The position numbers and the translations under genes are program-made. Under the pieces are notes generated by a model, which searched no databases, was not told the DNA's origin, and saw nothing but the letters and a program-made list of their open reading frames with translations. Shown here one piece after another: positions 40,656-48,944 of a DNA stretch of 64,000 nucleotides. The stretch comes from Candidatus Latescibacterota bacterium (GTDB taxonomy: Bacteria; Latescibacterota; UBA2968; UBA8231): contig OZ242214.1 in assembly GCA_965206595.1 (NCBI GenBank), positions 1,152,001-1,216,000 on the forward strand. The letters are read 5' to 3'. Within the stretch, counting starts at the first letter, position 1, and each line of letters starts with the position of its first letter.

Positions 40656-42137
40656 TCAGTCGCCGCCGAGCTCGGGCGGCGGACCTGCATCCTCGTCGAG
40701 GGGGTACACCGGCCGCGAGATGCGCTGGTAGGGGAGCGACTTGAGGTCGGCGCTGGTGCCTCCCGGCAGGTCGACGGCGACGATGCGGGACGCGATGGAT
40801 TCGTAATGGACGCGGAAGCCGTTCGGGGATTTGCACACCACGAGGTCGAAATCGAGCGGCTCCAGTCCCTGGGCCTGGAAGACGCGGCGGCCCACCCACA
40901 TCACCGCTCTTTCGGTGACCATGACGCGGTGCCTGCCCGCGGCGAGCACCGCGGTGAGACCGGCCTCGCCCGGCATTCCCCCTTCGTACGAGAAGTCGCC
41001 GTCGCCGAGGCTCACCACCCTCGCTTCGACCTCGAACGGGGTGTGGCGTTCGCTGTCGATGGTCCCTCCGAGCGGCAGGGTCAGGGTAGCTCCGACACCG
41101 GCCTCCGCGGCCATGGCGACCGCCGGGGCGTCGACGACGGGAACCAGGGCGCGCTTCGAATAGCGGTGCTCGAACAGCCCTCTGAGGACGACGTTGCTGT
41201 CTCCGGGAGCCCCTGACGCGGTCGAGTCCGCGGCGTCGGAGAACACGGTGAGCCCGCCGGTCCCTTCGGCGAGGTGGACCGCCTCGGGCAGGGGGGTCAG
41301 CTCGGCCTGCATGTCGCCGCGGTGGCGCCACATGAAGCGGGCGAGCCGCAGCGCCTCCCGCCGCGCCCGCTGCGGATGGTTGTCCGTGGTGACGACCACG
41401 TTGGAGCGCAGGCCGGGCACGTCGGTGAACGGGTTGCCGATGTTGACCCCCGCGGCCAGGCAGGCGCCGGTCTTCTCCAGCATCTCGCAGTGATGGATCG
41501 CTTCCCCGAAGAGGCCGGTCGCGGTGATGAGATCGTCGCCGCGCACCAGCATCGGCAGCTGGATGCAGGCGGTTGCCGGTTTCACCTTGCCGTCGAGAAG
41601 GCGCAGCAGGTTGCGCGCCGCCCGCTCCCCCGTAGAGACCATGTCGGTGTGGGGGTAGGTCAGCAGCAGATTGACGACGTCGATGCTGTCGAGCAGTCGC
41701 GGGGTGAGGATGGCGTGCAGGTCCATCGGCGCCGTGATCGGCTTTCCGGGGCCGAGGATTTCGCGCACTCCTGCGGCCAGCCGGCCCTCGGGATCGTCCT
41801 CCTCGACCCCGGCCATGGCCCCGTGCAGAAACAGGAAGGCGCCGTCGGCGTCGGCATGGTCGCCCACGGAAGCGAGGATCTCGTCGAGCAGGCGCTCGAG
41901 GTCGGCCGCGGCGACCGGCCCCCCGGTGGCGTCGCGAAAGGCGTGGACCGTCGGTACCAGCTCGATGTCGTCGCGGGCTTCGAGCACGGAGATGCCGCCG
42001 GCGGTGGCGCTGTCGGTGCCGCGCAGCTGGTCGAGGATCTCCCGGCCGCGGCGGATCTGGAAATCCTCGTAGCGCGTCAGCAGGGGGTTGAAGCTGCCGA
42101 CCTCCTCGTAGAGGCCGGCGATGAGGACACGTTTCAA
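40656..42137 (-). CDS. M81-family metallopeptidase (MlrC-like)
   Basis: LHGAM...DDPEG, DLHA, YPHTD and VCKS motifs; TTG start. Confidence 0.9.
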   Translation of the reverse strand: MKRVLIAGLYEEVGSFNPLLTRYEDFQIRRGREILDQLRGTDSATAGGISVLEARDDIELVPTVHAFRDATGGPVAAADLERLLDEILASVGDHADADGAFLFLHGAMAGVEEDDPEGRLAAGVREILGPGKPITAPMDLHAILTPRLLDSIDVVNLLLTYPHTDMVSTGERAARNLLRLLDGKVKPATACIQLPMLVRGDDLITATGLFGEAIHHCEMLEKTGACLAAGVNIGNPFTDVPGLRSNVVVTTDNHPQRARREALRLARFMWRHRGDMQAELTPLPEAVHLAEGTGGLTVFSDAADSTASGAPGDSNVVLRGLFEHRYSKRALVPVVDAPAVAMAAEAGVGATLTLPLGGTIDSERHTPFEVEARVVSLGDGDFSYEGGMPGEAGLTAVLAAGRHRVMVTERAVMWVGRRVFQAQGLEPLDFDLVVCKSPNGFRVHYESIASRIVAVDLPGGTSADLKSLPYQRISRPVYPLDEDAGPPPELGGD

Positions 42138-42144
42138 GGGTGCC

Positions 42145-42993
42145 TCAGTCGATCTCGGGCCGGGGCGGATCGGCCCAGTGCCCGCTCGGGTCGCTGCCGC
42201 TGACGACGACCCCCTCGGAGTTCCAGTTGTACTCTGCGCGCACTTCGGTGGCGGCGTAGCGCAGGGTGAGGCCGCAGCGGCGGCGGTCGCACAGGTTCGG
42301 CGCCGAGCCGTGCAGCAGCAGGTCTGAGTGCAGAGATATCTCTCCCGCCTCGAGCTCGACGTCGACGACTCCGTGCCCGAAGCGTTCAGCCTCCGGGACG
42401 GTCTGGTTGAGGATGTTGGCCTCCGACTCGGCGCTGCGGACGAAATCGAGGTGGCCGTGCAGATGTGAGCCGGCGACGAACTGCATGCAGGCGTTTTCGC
42501 GGTCCGCCCTGTCCACGGCGAGCCAGACGGAGACCGTCTTCGAGGGAGTAAGGGGCCAGTAGCTGGCGTCCTGGTGCCAGGAGACGCGCTTGCCGTCGCC
42601 GGGCATCTTGCAGAAGAAGTGGGCGCCCCAGGAGATTAAATCGCTGCCGAGGATATCCCCGACGTAGGCGGTGATGCGCCGATCCCTGAGAAGGTCCCAG
42701 ACGAGGCCGTGCTTCATGTGCGCCGACACGATCGAGTAGCTGTCGGCCCCCTGGCGCTGCGCCTCCTCGAGCCAGCCGTCGAAATGGGCGCGCAGCTGAC
42801 CGATCTCGCCCTCCGGGAACACCTGGAACGGCAGCAGGTACCCCTCGCGGTTGTAGGACTCCAGCTGCCCGGGGCTCAGCTTCTCCCCGGCGGTAGCCGG
42901 CGCGGGGTGAAACCGCAGGTCCCTGTCGAGGGCGGCCAGCTCCTCCTGGGTGGGAAAATGGCGTGGGGTGGAATCCCAGAAACTCTTGCTCAC
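42145..42993 (-). CDS. Phytanoyl-CoA dioxygenase (PhyH) family protein
   Basis: FFCKMPGDGKRVSWHQDASYW, GSH and LHGS...RRCGLTLRY; GTG start at 42993 preferred. Confidence 0.9.
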   Translation of the reverse strand: MSKSFWDSTPRHFPTQEELAALDRDLRFHPAPATAGEKLSPGQLESYNREGYLLPFQVFPEGEIGQLRAHFDGWLEEAQRQGADSYSIVSAHMKHGLVWDLLRDRRITAYVGDILGSDLISWGAHFFCKMPGDGKRVSWHQDASYWPLTPSKTVSVWLAVDRADRENACMQFVAGSHLHGHLDFVRSAESEANILNQTVPEAERFGHGVVDVELEAGEISLHSDLLLHGSAPNLCDRRRCGLTLRYAATEVRAEYNWNSEGVVVSGSDPSGHWADPPRPEID

Positions 42994-43086
42994 GTGTTCT
43001 TTCCGCGCTGCGCTGGGGAAGCTCGCCAATATCAGCCGGCCCAAAGTCGGGGTCAATCGGGGAAGTGGCCTCGGGGCGGGTCTGCA

Positions 43087-44205
43087 TCAGCCGTTGCCGC
43101 CCCAGGCAAGGGACCCGGCCTCGGCGTCGGTCAGTCCCAGGTCGGCCTCTGGCTCGGCGCCGCGGCGTTCCCGCCAGGCGCACAGCACCTCGATCAGCTC
43201 CGGCAGCGACTCCGTGGTCAGAATACTGCGCCGCGTCGCCGAGTTCCTGTCGAGGTCCTTGAAGTAGAGGGCGAGGTGCTTGCGGGTTTCGAGCACCCCG
43301 ACCCGGTCTCCCTTGTGGTGCGCCATCAGCTTCAACTGCTCGATGGCGAGGTCGATGCGCTCCGGCAGTCCGACGTTCCTCCTGCCGGCGAAGATCCACG
43401 GGTTGGCGATGGCGGCGCGCCCGACCATGACTCCGGCGCAGCCGGTCTGCTCGCTCATGGCGACGGCGTCCTCGTAGGTGTGCACGTCGCCGTTGCCGAA
43501 CACCGGCAGGCTTGCCGCCTCCACTGCCGCGGCGATCCAGCCCCAGTCCGCCCTGCCCTTGTATTTCTGTTCCACGGTGCGTGCGTGAACGGCGATCGCC
43601 CGGGCGCCGGCCTCCTCGCAGCGTTTGATCACCTCGACGATGTTGACCGAACCGGCGTCCCAACCGATGCGGGTCTTGACGATTACGGGGATGGAAACCG
43701 CCTCGACCGCGGCGCGCACGGCGCGGTACAGGCGGTCGAGATCCCGCAGGTAAGCTGCGCCGCATCCCTTGCGCAGGATCTGGGGCACGCTGCAGCCGAA
43801 GTTGATGTCGACGAGGTGGCATCCGCGCCTCTCGAACTCGCGCGCCCCCGCGGCGATGAGATCGATGTCGTTGCCGTAGATCTGGGCGGCGAGAAGGGAC
43901 ATTCCGGTGCGGTCGTAGACGGCCGCGTCCGAGAAGTCGAGCAGCCTGCGGGTGCGCGCCGAGTTTTCTCCGATCACCCGGCAGTTGATGAACTCCACCC
44001 CGACGGTGCGCGCCCCCAAGCGGGCGCAGATCAGGCGGAACACCCAGTTCCCCACCCCCGCCATCGGGGCGAGGGAGAGCACCGGCATGCCGGGGCGCAG
44101 AGGGCGCACTCGATGCGGCCCGATCCCGAAGCCGTCACCCGGCTCGTTTTGGGACGGCCCTGGATGCGCCTGCGCCGGTGCTGTTGCGAGGGAAGAGGAG
44201 GACAT
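43087..44205 (-). CDS. dusB: tRNA-dihydrouridine synthase (DusB-like)
   Basis: LAPMAGV, DINFGC, VKTRIGW, HART, GNGDV and GVMVGRA; start uncertain. Confidence 0.88.
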   Translation of the reverse strand: MSSSSLATAPAQAHPGPSQNEPGDGFGIGPHRVRPLRPGMPVLSLAPMAGVGNWVFRLICARLGARTVGVEFINCRVIGENSARTRRLLDFSDAAVYDRTGMSLLAAQIYGNDIDLIAAGAREFERRGCHLVDINFGCSVPQILRKGCGAAYLRDLDRLYRAVRAAVEAVSIPVIVKTRIGWDAGSVNIVEVIKRCEEAGARAIAVHARTVEQKYKGRADWGWIAAAVEAASLPVFGNGDVHTYEDAVAMSEQTGCAGVMVGRAAIANPWIFAGRRNVGLPERIDLAIEQLKLMAHHKGDRVGVLETRKHLALYFKDLDRNSATRRSILTTESLPELIEVLCAWRERRGAEPEADLGLTDAEAGSLAWGGNG

Positions 44206-44254
44206 TGCTGTGCCGGCCGCCGCCGAAGGCGTCCGGGGCCGCGCCGGAACGGGA

Positions 44255-44584
44255 TCAGCTCCCCTGTTGCAGCTGCAGTTCCGCGGCCCTGGCTTTCGAA
44301 GCCTCGGCTTCGGCGATCATGCCCTTGCGCTGGTAGAACATCGACAGACTGATGTGGACGAGGAAGTCGTCGGGATTGATCTCCGCGGCGCGCTTCGCCG
44401 ATTCCAGGGCGGCGTCGAAATCCCCGAGCTTCTCCCAGACGTGTGCCAAGGCCTGGTGGACGTCGGCAAACTCTGGATCGATCTCGAGGGCCCGCCGAAA
44501 AGCGTCGGCGGCGGCCTCGAACTCCTGCCGGGCGTAGTAGTCCAGGCCGGTCATGTAGAGGGACAGTTTGTCGGCTTCGGTCAT
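44255..44584 (-). CDS. Small TPR protein (109 aa)
   Basis: ATG overlaps the adk stop; ALEIDPEFADVHQALA and AAEINPDDFLVHISL TPR units. Confidence 0.8.
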   Translation of the reverse strand: MTEADKLSLYMTGLDYYARQEFEAAADAFRRALEIDPEFADVHQALAHVWEKLGDFDAALESAKRAAEINPDDFLVHISLSMFYQRKGMIAEAEASKARAAELQLQQGS

Positions 44585-45294
44585 TGCCTGGGTTCCGGGG
44601 CCGGCGCCGGGAACTGCTGCCGGATCTTGTCCAGAGAAGGGTTGGACAGAGTTGGGTCGCCGGAGGAAAATGAAGCAGCTACATCCTTGAAGACGGTGTC
44701 TGAATCGGCGTTTCCGTCGACGGTAATCAGCCTCCCCAGGCACCGGTAACGGGCGATCACGGGGCCGGTCTCGCGGTGAAAGGTCGCCATGCGTTCGCGG
44801 ATCACCTCCTCGGTGTCGTCGGGGCGCTGCTCGAGGCGCCCGGCGACCTCGGCCGCGGGCGGGGCGCCGTCGAGGTGGAGGTTGTAGATCGTCCCGGTCA
44901 GCGGGTCGACTCGGCGTCCGGTCATGCGGTGGATTACCGCCTCGTCCGGAACGTCGATGAAGAGGACGCCGTCGAGCTGCAGGCCGCGGCGGTCGAGCAG
45001 TTCTTGGAACGAGTCGACCTGGGGCAGGGTACGGGGGTACCCGTCCATGACGAAGCCATCGCCGACATCCTTCTGGGCAAGGCGCTCGGCGACTAGTTGA
45101 TTCACGTGGTGGTCGGGCACGAGGTGCCCGGTCCGCATGTAGTGTTCCACGAGGACCCCGAGGTCGCTTTGCGAAGCAACGGCTTCCCGCAGCATGTCGC
45201 CGGTGCATACCTGAACGATGCCAAAGTGCTCGACAAGCCTCTTGGCCTGCGTCCCCTTACCGGAGCCAGGGGCACCCAAAAGGATCAAACGCAA
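44581..45294 (-). CDS. adk: Adenylate kinase
   Basis: GAPGSGKGTQ, TGDMLR, DGYPRT and QRPDD; AGGAG RBS, TTG start. Confidence 0.96.
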   Translation of the reverse strand: MRLILLGAPGSGKGTQAKRLVEHFGIVQVCTGDMLREAVASQSDLGVLVEHYMRTGHLVPDHHVNQLVAERLAQKDVGDGFVMDGYPRTLPQVDSFQELLDRRGLQLDGVLFIDVPDEAVIHRMTGRRVDPLTGTIYNLHLDGAPPAAEVAGRLEQRPDDTEEVIRERMATFHRETGPVIARYRCLGRLITVDGNADSDTVFKDVAASFSSGDPTLSNPSLDKIRQQFPAPAPEPRQ

Positions 45295-45307
45295 AAAGCT
45301 GTTCTCC

Positions 45308-45358
45308 TGTAGTGGATCGGGTGGCTGATTTTATGTAGTGGATCGGGTGGCTGATTTT
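45308..45358. repeat. Direct tandem duplication, 26-bp period, upstream of adk
   Basis: TGTAGTGGATCGGGTGGCTGATTTT at 45308-45332 and 45334-45358. Confidence 0.92.
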
Positions 45359-45569
45359 CGGCGAGGTTGGTTGAGGCGGGAAGCGCCGCATCTGCAGCAG
45401 TGGAGTTAATGCGGGCGGAAACGAATCACTGTATCTAACCAATCATCCGGGGTTTTGCAAGCCCAAGCTCCCTTTTCAGATTTCCGGAAAGTCTCGTGGG
45501 AGGGGCGGACCCCGGCGCGGGGTCACGGAATTGCCCTGTTCCGCGCGGGGCCTCCCAGCCTACCCCTGT

Positions 45570-45733
45570 TGCGGAGAGGCCCGTAGTACCGAGGAAGCCG
45601 GGTAATGCCGGTGGAGGGAAGGGGCCTTGGTTCGAGAGCAGCGGAGGACGGAGGACAGGACATGGGGACTGGCGAAAGCCTAACAGCTCCGGGAAAAGTT
45701 CAGAGACTCCAGACGACGCTACGAACGCGAAGG
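45570..45733 (+). mobile_element. Group II intron remnant (domain III and start of the domain IV ORF)
   Basis: GCGGAGAGGCCCGTAGTACCGAGGAAGCCGGGTAATGCCGGTGGAGGGAAGGGGCC is a typical domain III; followed by SLTAPGKVQRLQTTL, like RT/maturase N-termini; no RT core, DV or DVI. Confidence 0.75.
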
Positions 45734-45734
45734 T

Positions 45735-45959
45735 GTGAATGCCGCCTACGAAATCGGGGAGTACTGGGACAAGGTCACGCAAATCGACGTGGTCAACTTC
45801 AGGCAGGACGGCCGCACCGATATCGGAGAATGCAGGTGGGGGGCAGTGCGGTCGGCGGCGTCCTTGGCCGGGGAGCTGCAGAAAAGATCGAGGGCTATCC
45901 GAACCGCCGCGGTGCTGCGCTGCAGGGCCGGGTCCTTACGCGCGGGAAACTGGGGATAG
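45735..45959 (+). pseudogene. C-terminal fragment of an ATPase-DUF234 (PD-(D/E)XK-like) protein
   Basis: IGEYWDKVTQIDVV...IGECRW resembles the G.WW...EID...GECKW motif; ATPase domain absent. Confidence 0.55.
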
Positions 45960-46128
45960 GCAGGTCTCTGGCAAACGTGAGCTGCCACTCACTCGAAGCC
46001 CTGCACCACTGCAGCGTACAGCGGATAGACCGATAAGGAGCCCGAGTCTCCCACCCGGGGCCTGCACTGATTAAGGGAATGTTTTCCAATATGTTACGCC
46101 GTAGCCCCCCCGGGCGGCGGAGGCGGAA

Positions 46129-46176
46129 GATTTTGCTTGCTCGACGTGTCCGGATTTTGCTTGCTCGACGTGTCCG
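46129..46176. repeat. Perfect 24-bp tandem duplication
   Basis: GATTTTGCTTGCTCGACGTGTCCG x2. Confidence 0.92.
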
Positions 46177-46189
46177 ATTGTGGTACCCT
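46161..46189 (+). promoter_or_regulatory. Putative sigma70 promoter for the secreted-protein cluster
   Basis: TTGCTC-17 nt-TACCCT with extended TGn; an alternative CATAAT lies at 46194. Confidence 0.4.
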
Positions 46190-46204
46190 ATGCCATAATT
46201 CCGC

Positions 46205-46292
46205 GTCCGACACGATCACGGCGGCCGCGATCTGGCCACCGCCGTCGCGCCACGGAAGGCCGTCGACTCCACCCATGACCAGAAGCTCCGTG
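46205..46292 (-). repeat. 88-bp inverted copy of 49037-49124 (left arm)
   Basis: Reverse complement matches 49037-49124 at 84/88 positions and encodes TELLVMGGVDGLPWRDGGGQIAAAVIVSD. Confidence 0.93.
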
Positions 46293-46318
46293 TAATAACC
46301 TCTCAGAAGGAGGAAGTT

Positions 46319-47251
46319 ATGAGAAAGCCGATCCTGCTCGCAGCAGCGGGCCTTTTCGCCTTCAACTCGGCGACCATAGCCCACGATCCACCGGAATTTT
46401 TGGCTCCGGTCTGGCAGTGGCCGGCTGGCGCCGTGCCGGTACTCGATGCGGACATGTCGGAGTACGACATCGTCCCGAGGGAGTTCTGGCTCCTGTCAGA
46501 GGACCTCATTCAGAACTACGACCAGGCGGAGGCCAGGGTCGCCCAGGGCGAGACGGCCGATCCTGCGAGCTGGGACATGCGTTTCCTCATGAGCTGGAAC
46601 GACGAGACGAACCGCATCTACTTCGCCTACGAAGAATACGACGACTATGAGACTTCCACCCCCCACGACAATTTCGAGTTCGGTCTCGACGCCGACCACT
46701 CGGGGGGCAGCATGTGGTTCGACGGGACGGACGAGGAGAATAATCGCGAGCGGGGCCGCCACGCCCAACCCTTCCACTGGTCCTTCAGCGGGGGTTGTGG
46801 TACTACCCATCGGGGGGTCTTTGGCTGGACTTGGTTCTGGATGACAGAGGCGGACTGGTACGGCGCCCCGAGATATACCGACCACGCGTTCAAGTATACC
46901 GAGGGATCGCCCTGCAGCCTCTCGGAGACCAGGAAGAACGTCGAGTGGTACCAGGTCTTCTGGGACGACTTCAACTGGGCGGATCCCGACGCGCCCCTGC
47001 ACGACTTCGAGGCCGGTGAGATCATAGGCGCGCACCCCCGCCTCAAGGATTTTGATCACAACGAAGAGAATGACGACACTGAGGATGTGCCTCCCGGAAC
47101 GGCAAGCAGGTGGGTGCTCTCGGCGCAAGGCGCCGCGTTCGGCGACGCCGATTTCTGGGCCGATTTTCAGCTCATGGGGGTCGCTGATGACTTCCCCTCC
47201 GCGGTCGAGGAGGACAGCTGGGGCCGGATAAAGGCTTCAGTGGCCAGGTAG
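46319..47251 (+). CDS. Secreted acidic protein (DOMON/CBM9-like) with C-terminal AVEEDSWGRIK motif
   Basis: AGGAGG RBS; signal peptide; LDADMSEY and MSWNDETNRIY; conserved-looking SWGRIKAS tail. Confidence 0.75.
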   Translation: MRKPILLAAAGLFAFNSATIAHDPPEFLAPVWQWPAGAVPVLDADMSEYDIVPREFWLLSEDLIQNYDQAEARVAQGETADPASWDMRFLMSWNDETNRIYFAYEEYDDYETSTPHDNFEFGLDADHSGGSMWFDGTDEENNRERGRHAQPFHWSFSGGCGTTHRGVFGWTWFWMTEADWYGAPRYTDHAFKYTEGSPCSLSETRKNVEWYQVFWDDFNWADPDAPLHDFEAGEIIGAHPRLKDFDHNEENDDTEDVPPGTASRWVLSAQGAAFGDADFWADFQLMGVADDFPSAVEEDSWGRIKASVAR

Positions 47252-47274
47252 AACCGCGTCCAACGAACACCAGA

Positions 47275-47310
47275 AATAGGGGGGGGGCTAATCAAGCCTC
47301 CCCTATTTTT
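47275..47310 (+). terminator. Rho-independent terminator
   Basis: AATAGGGGGGGGGCT...AGCCTCCCCTATTTTT stem-loop with U tract. Confidence 0.7.
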
Positions 47311-48810
47311 ATGTGCGCCATCCCGCTCGGACTTGTCCTCCTCGTCTCCGGCGCTCTCCTCGGTGGCTGCGGGGAGAACGACGCCGAGATGAATCGGCTG
47401 TTGGAGCAGGGAAAGGGTCATTACTGGAAAGGGGAGCACGCCTCGGCGATCGACGTCCTCGAGAGGCTCGCCAGAGATCGACCCGATGACCGGGAAGGCC
47501 ACCTCTATCTCGCCAAGTCCTATCTGTCTCTTGGTCGGCACCAGGAGGCCGAGCGCCAGATCGAGGCGGCCATGGCACTCGCACCCGACGACGCCAGGTT
47601 CTTCGAGCTTCTCGGGATCATCCACACTGCGCGGTTCACTTCGAAACCGTACACCGAGACCTGGCAGCGCCACGGCGAAGACGCCATCGCGGCTTTTCAA
47701 AGAGCGATTGCCCTCGATTCACTGAGGCCCGGTCCCTACTACAACCTCGGCATCATGTACGACTACCTGGACAGCACTCGACTCGCCACCGAGGCCTTTA
47801 TCTCTGCCCTGAGAGCGGACTCCACTGTCGCCCCCGTCCACAAGAAACTCGGCCTCATCTACCGGAATCAGGGTCTTCGGCAGGAAGCGATATCCCCTCT
47901 CGAAAAAGCCGTGCATTACGCTCCCGACGATGCGGAGTCCTACTTCAACCTCGGAATGGCCTACGGCGACATCCGCGATTTCGACAAAGCGGTCGCCAGC
48001 CTCGAAAGAGCGGCTGAACTCAATCCCATAGATCACAAGATCCAACATACTCTGGGCACTATGTACATGCGGCAAGGCCACCAGGAGAAAGGGCGGCGCC
48101 TTGTGGAAAGAGCCAAGCGCATGCGCCAGCTGCTCGGCAGACTCCACGCAGAGGTCACGCCGCCGAGGTACGGAGCCGTCTCACTCGGCTCGGCGAAGGA
48201 TCACTACCACATGGGCCTAGTCCACATGATGGCGGGACGGCTCGATAAGGCCATCGCCGAACTCCGCCAATCCGCCGAGATCGATCGCGACCGCAAGGAC
48301 CCTCAATCGGCGCTGGGCATGGCGCTCCTCGAAAGCGGCAGGGCGGACGAAGCCGTCGTTCCCCTGCAGCGAGCCGTCGAGCTGGATGGGGAGGACCCCA
48401 TCGCGCAGATGCGACTCGGATGGGCCTACCGCGAGCTGGATCGACTTCCCGAGGCGCTGAGGGCTTTCGAGGAGGCGTCCCGTCTCGACACGAGCCTTCC
48501 CGAGGCTTTCTTGAATCGTGCTGACATCCACTTTCGCAGAGGCGATTTTCGAGGATCCATCGGCTTGCTGCGGCGCGCCATCGAGCTGCGCCCGACCTAC
48601 GCCCGGGCTCATCTGAATCTCGGCGCCTCGTACGTGAGGCTGGCCCGGTTCGACAGCGCCGCGGCAGCCTATGAGCGGGTTACGGAGCTGCAACCGGAGA
48701 ACGCCGTGGCTCACCTCTACCTCAGCGATGTGTACGGCACCCTGGGCCGGCCCGACGACAGCGAGCGAATCAAAGAAAGGGCCAGGGAGCTGACACAGCG
48801 GGGGAACTGA
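47311..48810 (+). CDS. TPR-repeat lipoprotein
   Basis: LLGGC lipobox; more than 10 TPR units. Confidence 0.85.
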   Translation: MCAIPLGLVLLVSGALLGGCGENDAEMNRLLEQGKGHYWKGEHASAIDVLERLARDRPDDREGHLYLAKSYLSLGRHQEAERQIEAAMALAPDDARFFELLGIIHTARFTSKPYTETWQRHGEDAIAAFQRAIALDSLRPGPYYNLGIMYDYLDSTRLATEAFISALRADSTVAPVHKKLGLIYRNQGLRQEAISPLEKAVHYAPDDAESYFNLGMAYGDIRDFDKAVASLERAAELNPIDHKIQHTLGTMYMRQGHQEKGRRLVERAKRMRQLLGRLHAEVTPPRYGAVSLGSAKDHYHMGLVHMMAGRLDKAIAELRQSAEIDRDRKDPQSALGMALLESGRADEAVVPLQRAVELDGEDPIAQMRLGWAYRELDRLPEALRAFEEASRLDTSLPEAFLNRADIHFRRGDFRGSIGLLRRAIELRPTYARAHLNLGASYVRLARFDSAAAAYERVTELQPENAVAHLYLSDVYGTLGRPDDSERIKERARELTQRGN

Positions 48811-48888
48811 GGGGCCGTCCGCTTGATCGACGCCTCGGATAGTCATACGTTGCCGTCTTTAATCGACCTTACCTCTTAAGAACGGGGA

Positions 48889-48918
48889 TCGAGCTCCCCT
48901 TTTTCGAGCTCCCCTTTT
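48889..48918. repeat. Perfect 15-bp tandem duplication
   Basis: TCGAGCTCCCCTTTT x2 just upstream of the 48945 gene. Confidence 0.88.
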
Positions 48919-48944
48919 TCTGGTATAGAGGAAATCCTGCGTCG

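Noticed and set aside
40656-42137. Microcystin degradation cluster
   Set aside because: Only a generic M81/MlrC homologue; no mlrA, mlrB or mlrD
45570-46292. Retron or diversity-generating retroelement (88-bp repeat as TR/VR)
   Set aside because: No RT core is present; the repeat is inverted, lies at the N-terminus, and its mismatches are not adenine-specific
46094-46384. 96-aa minus-strand ORF as a real gene
   Set aside because: It is a patchwork of the antisense start of the 46319 gene, the inverted-repeat arm and the 24-bp duplication
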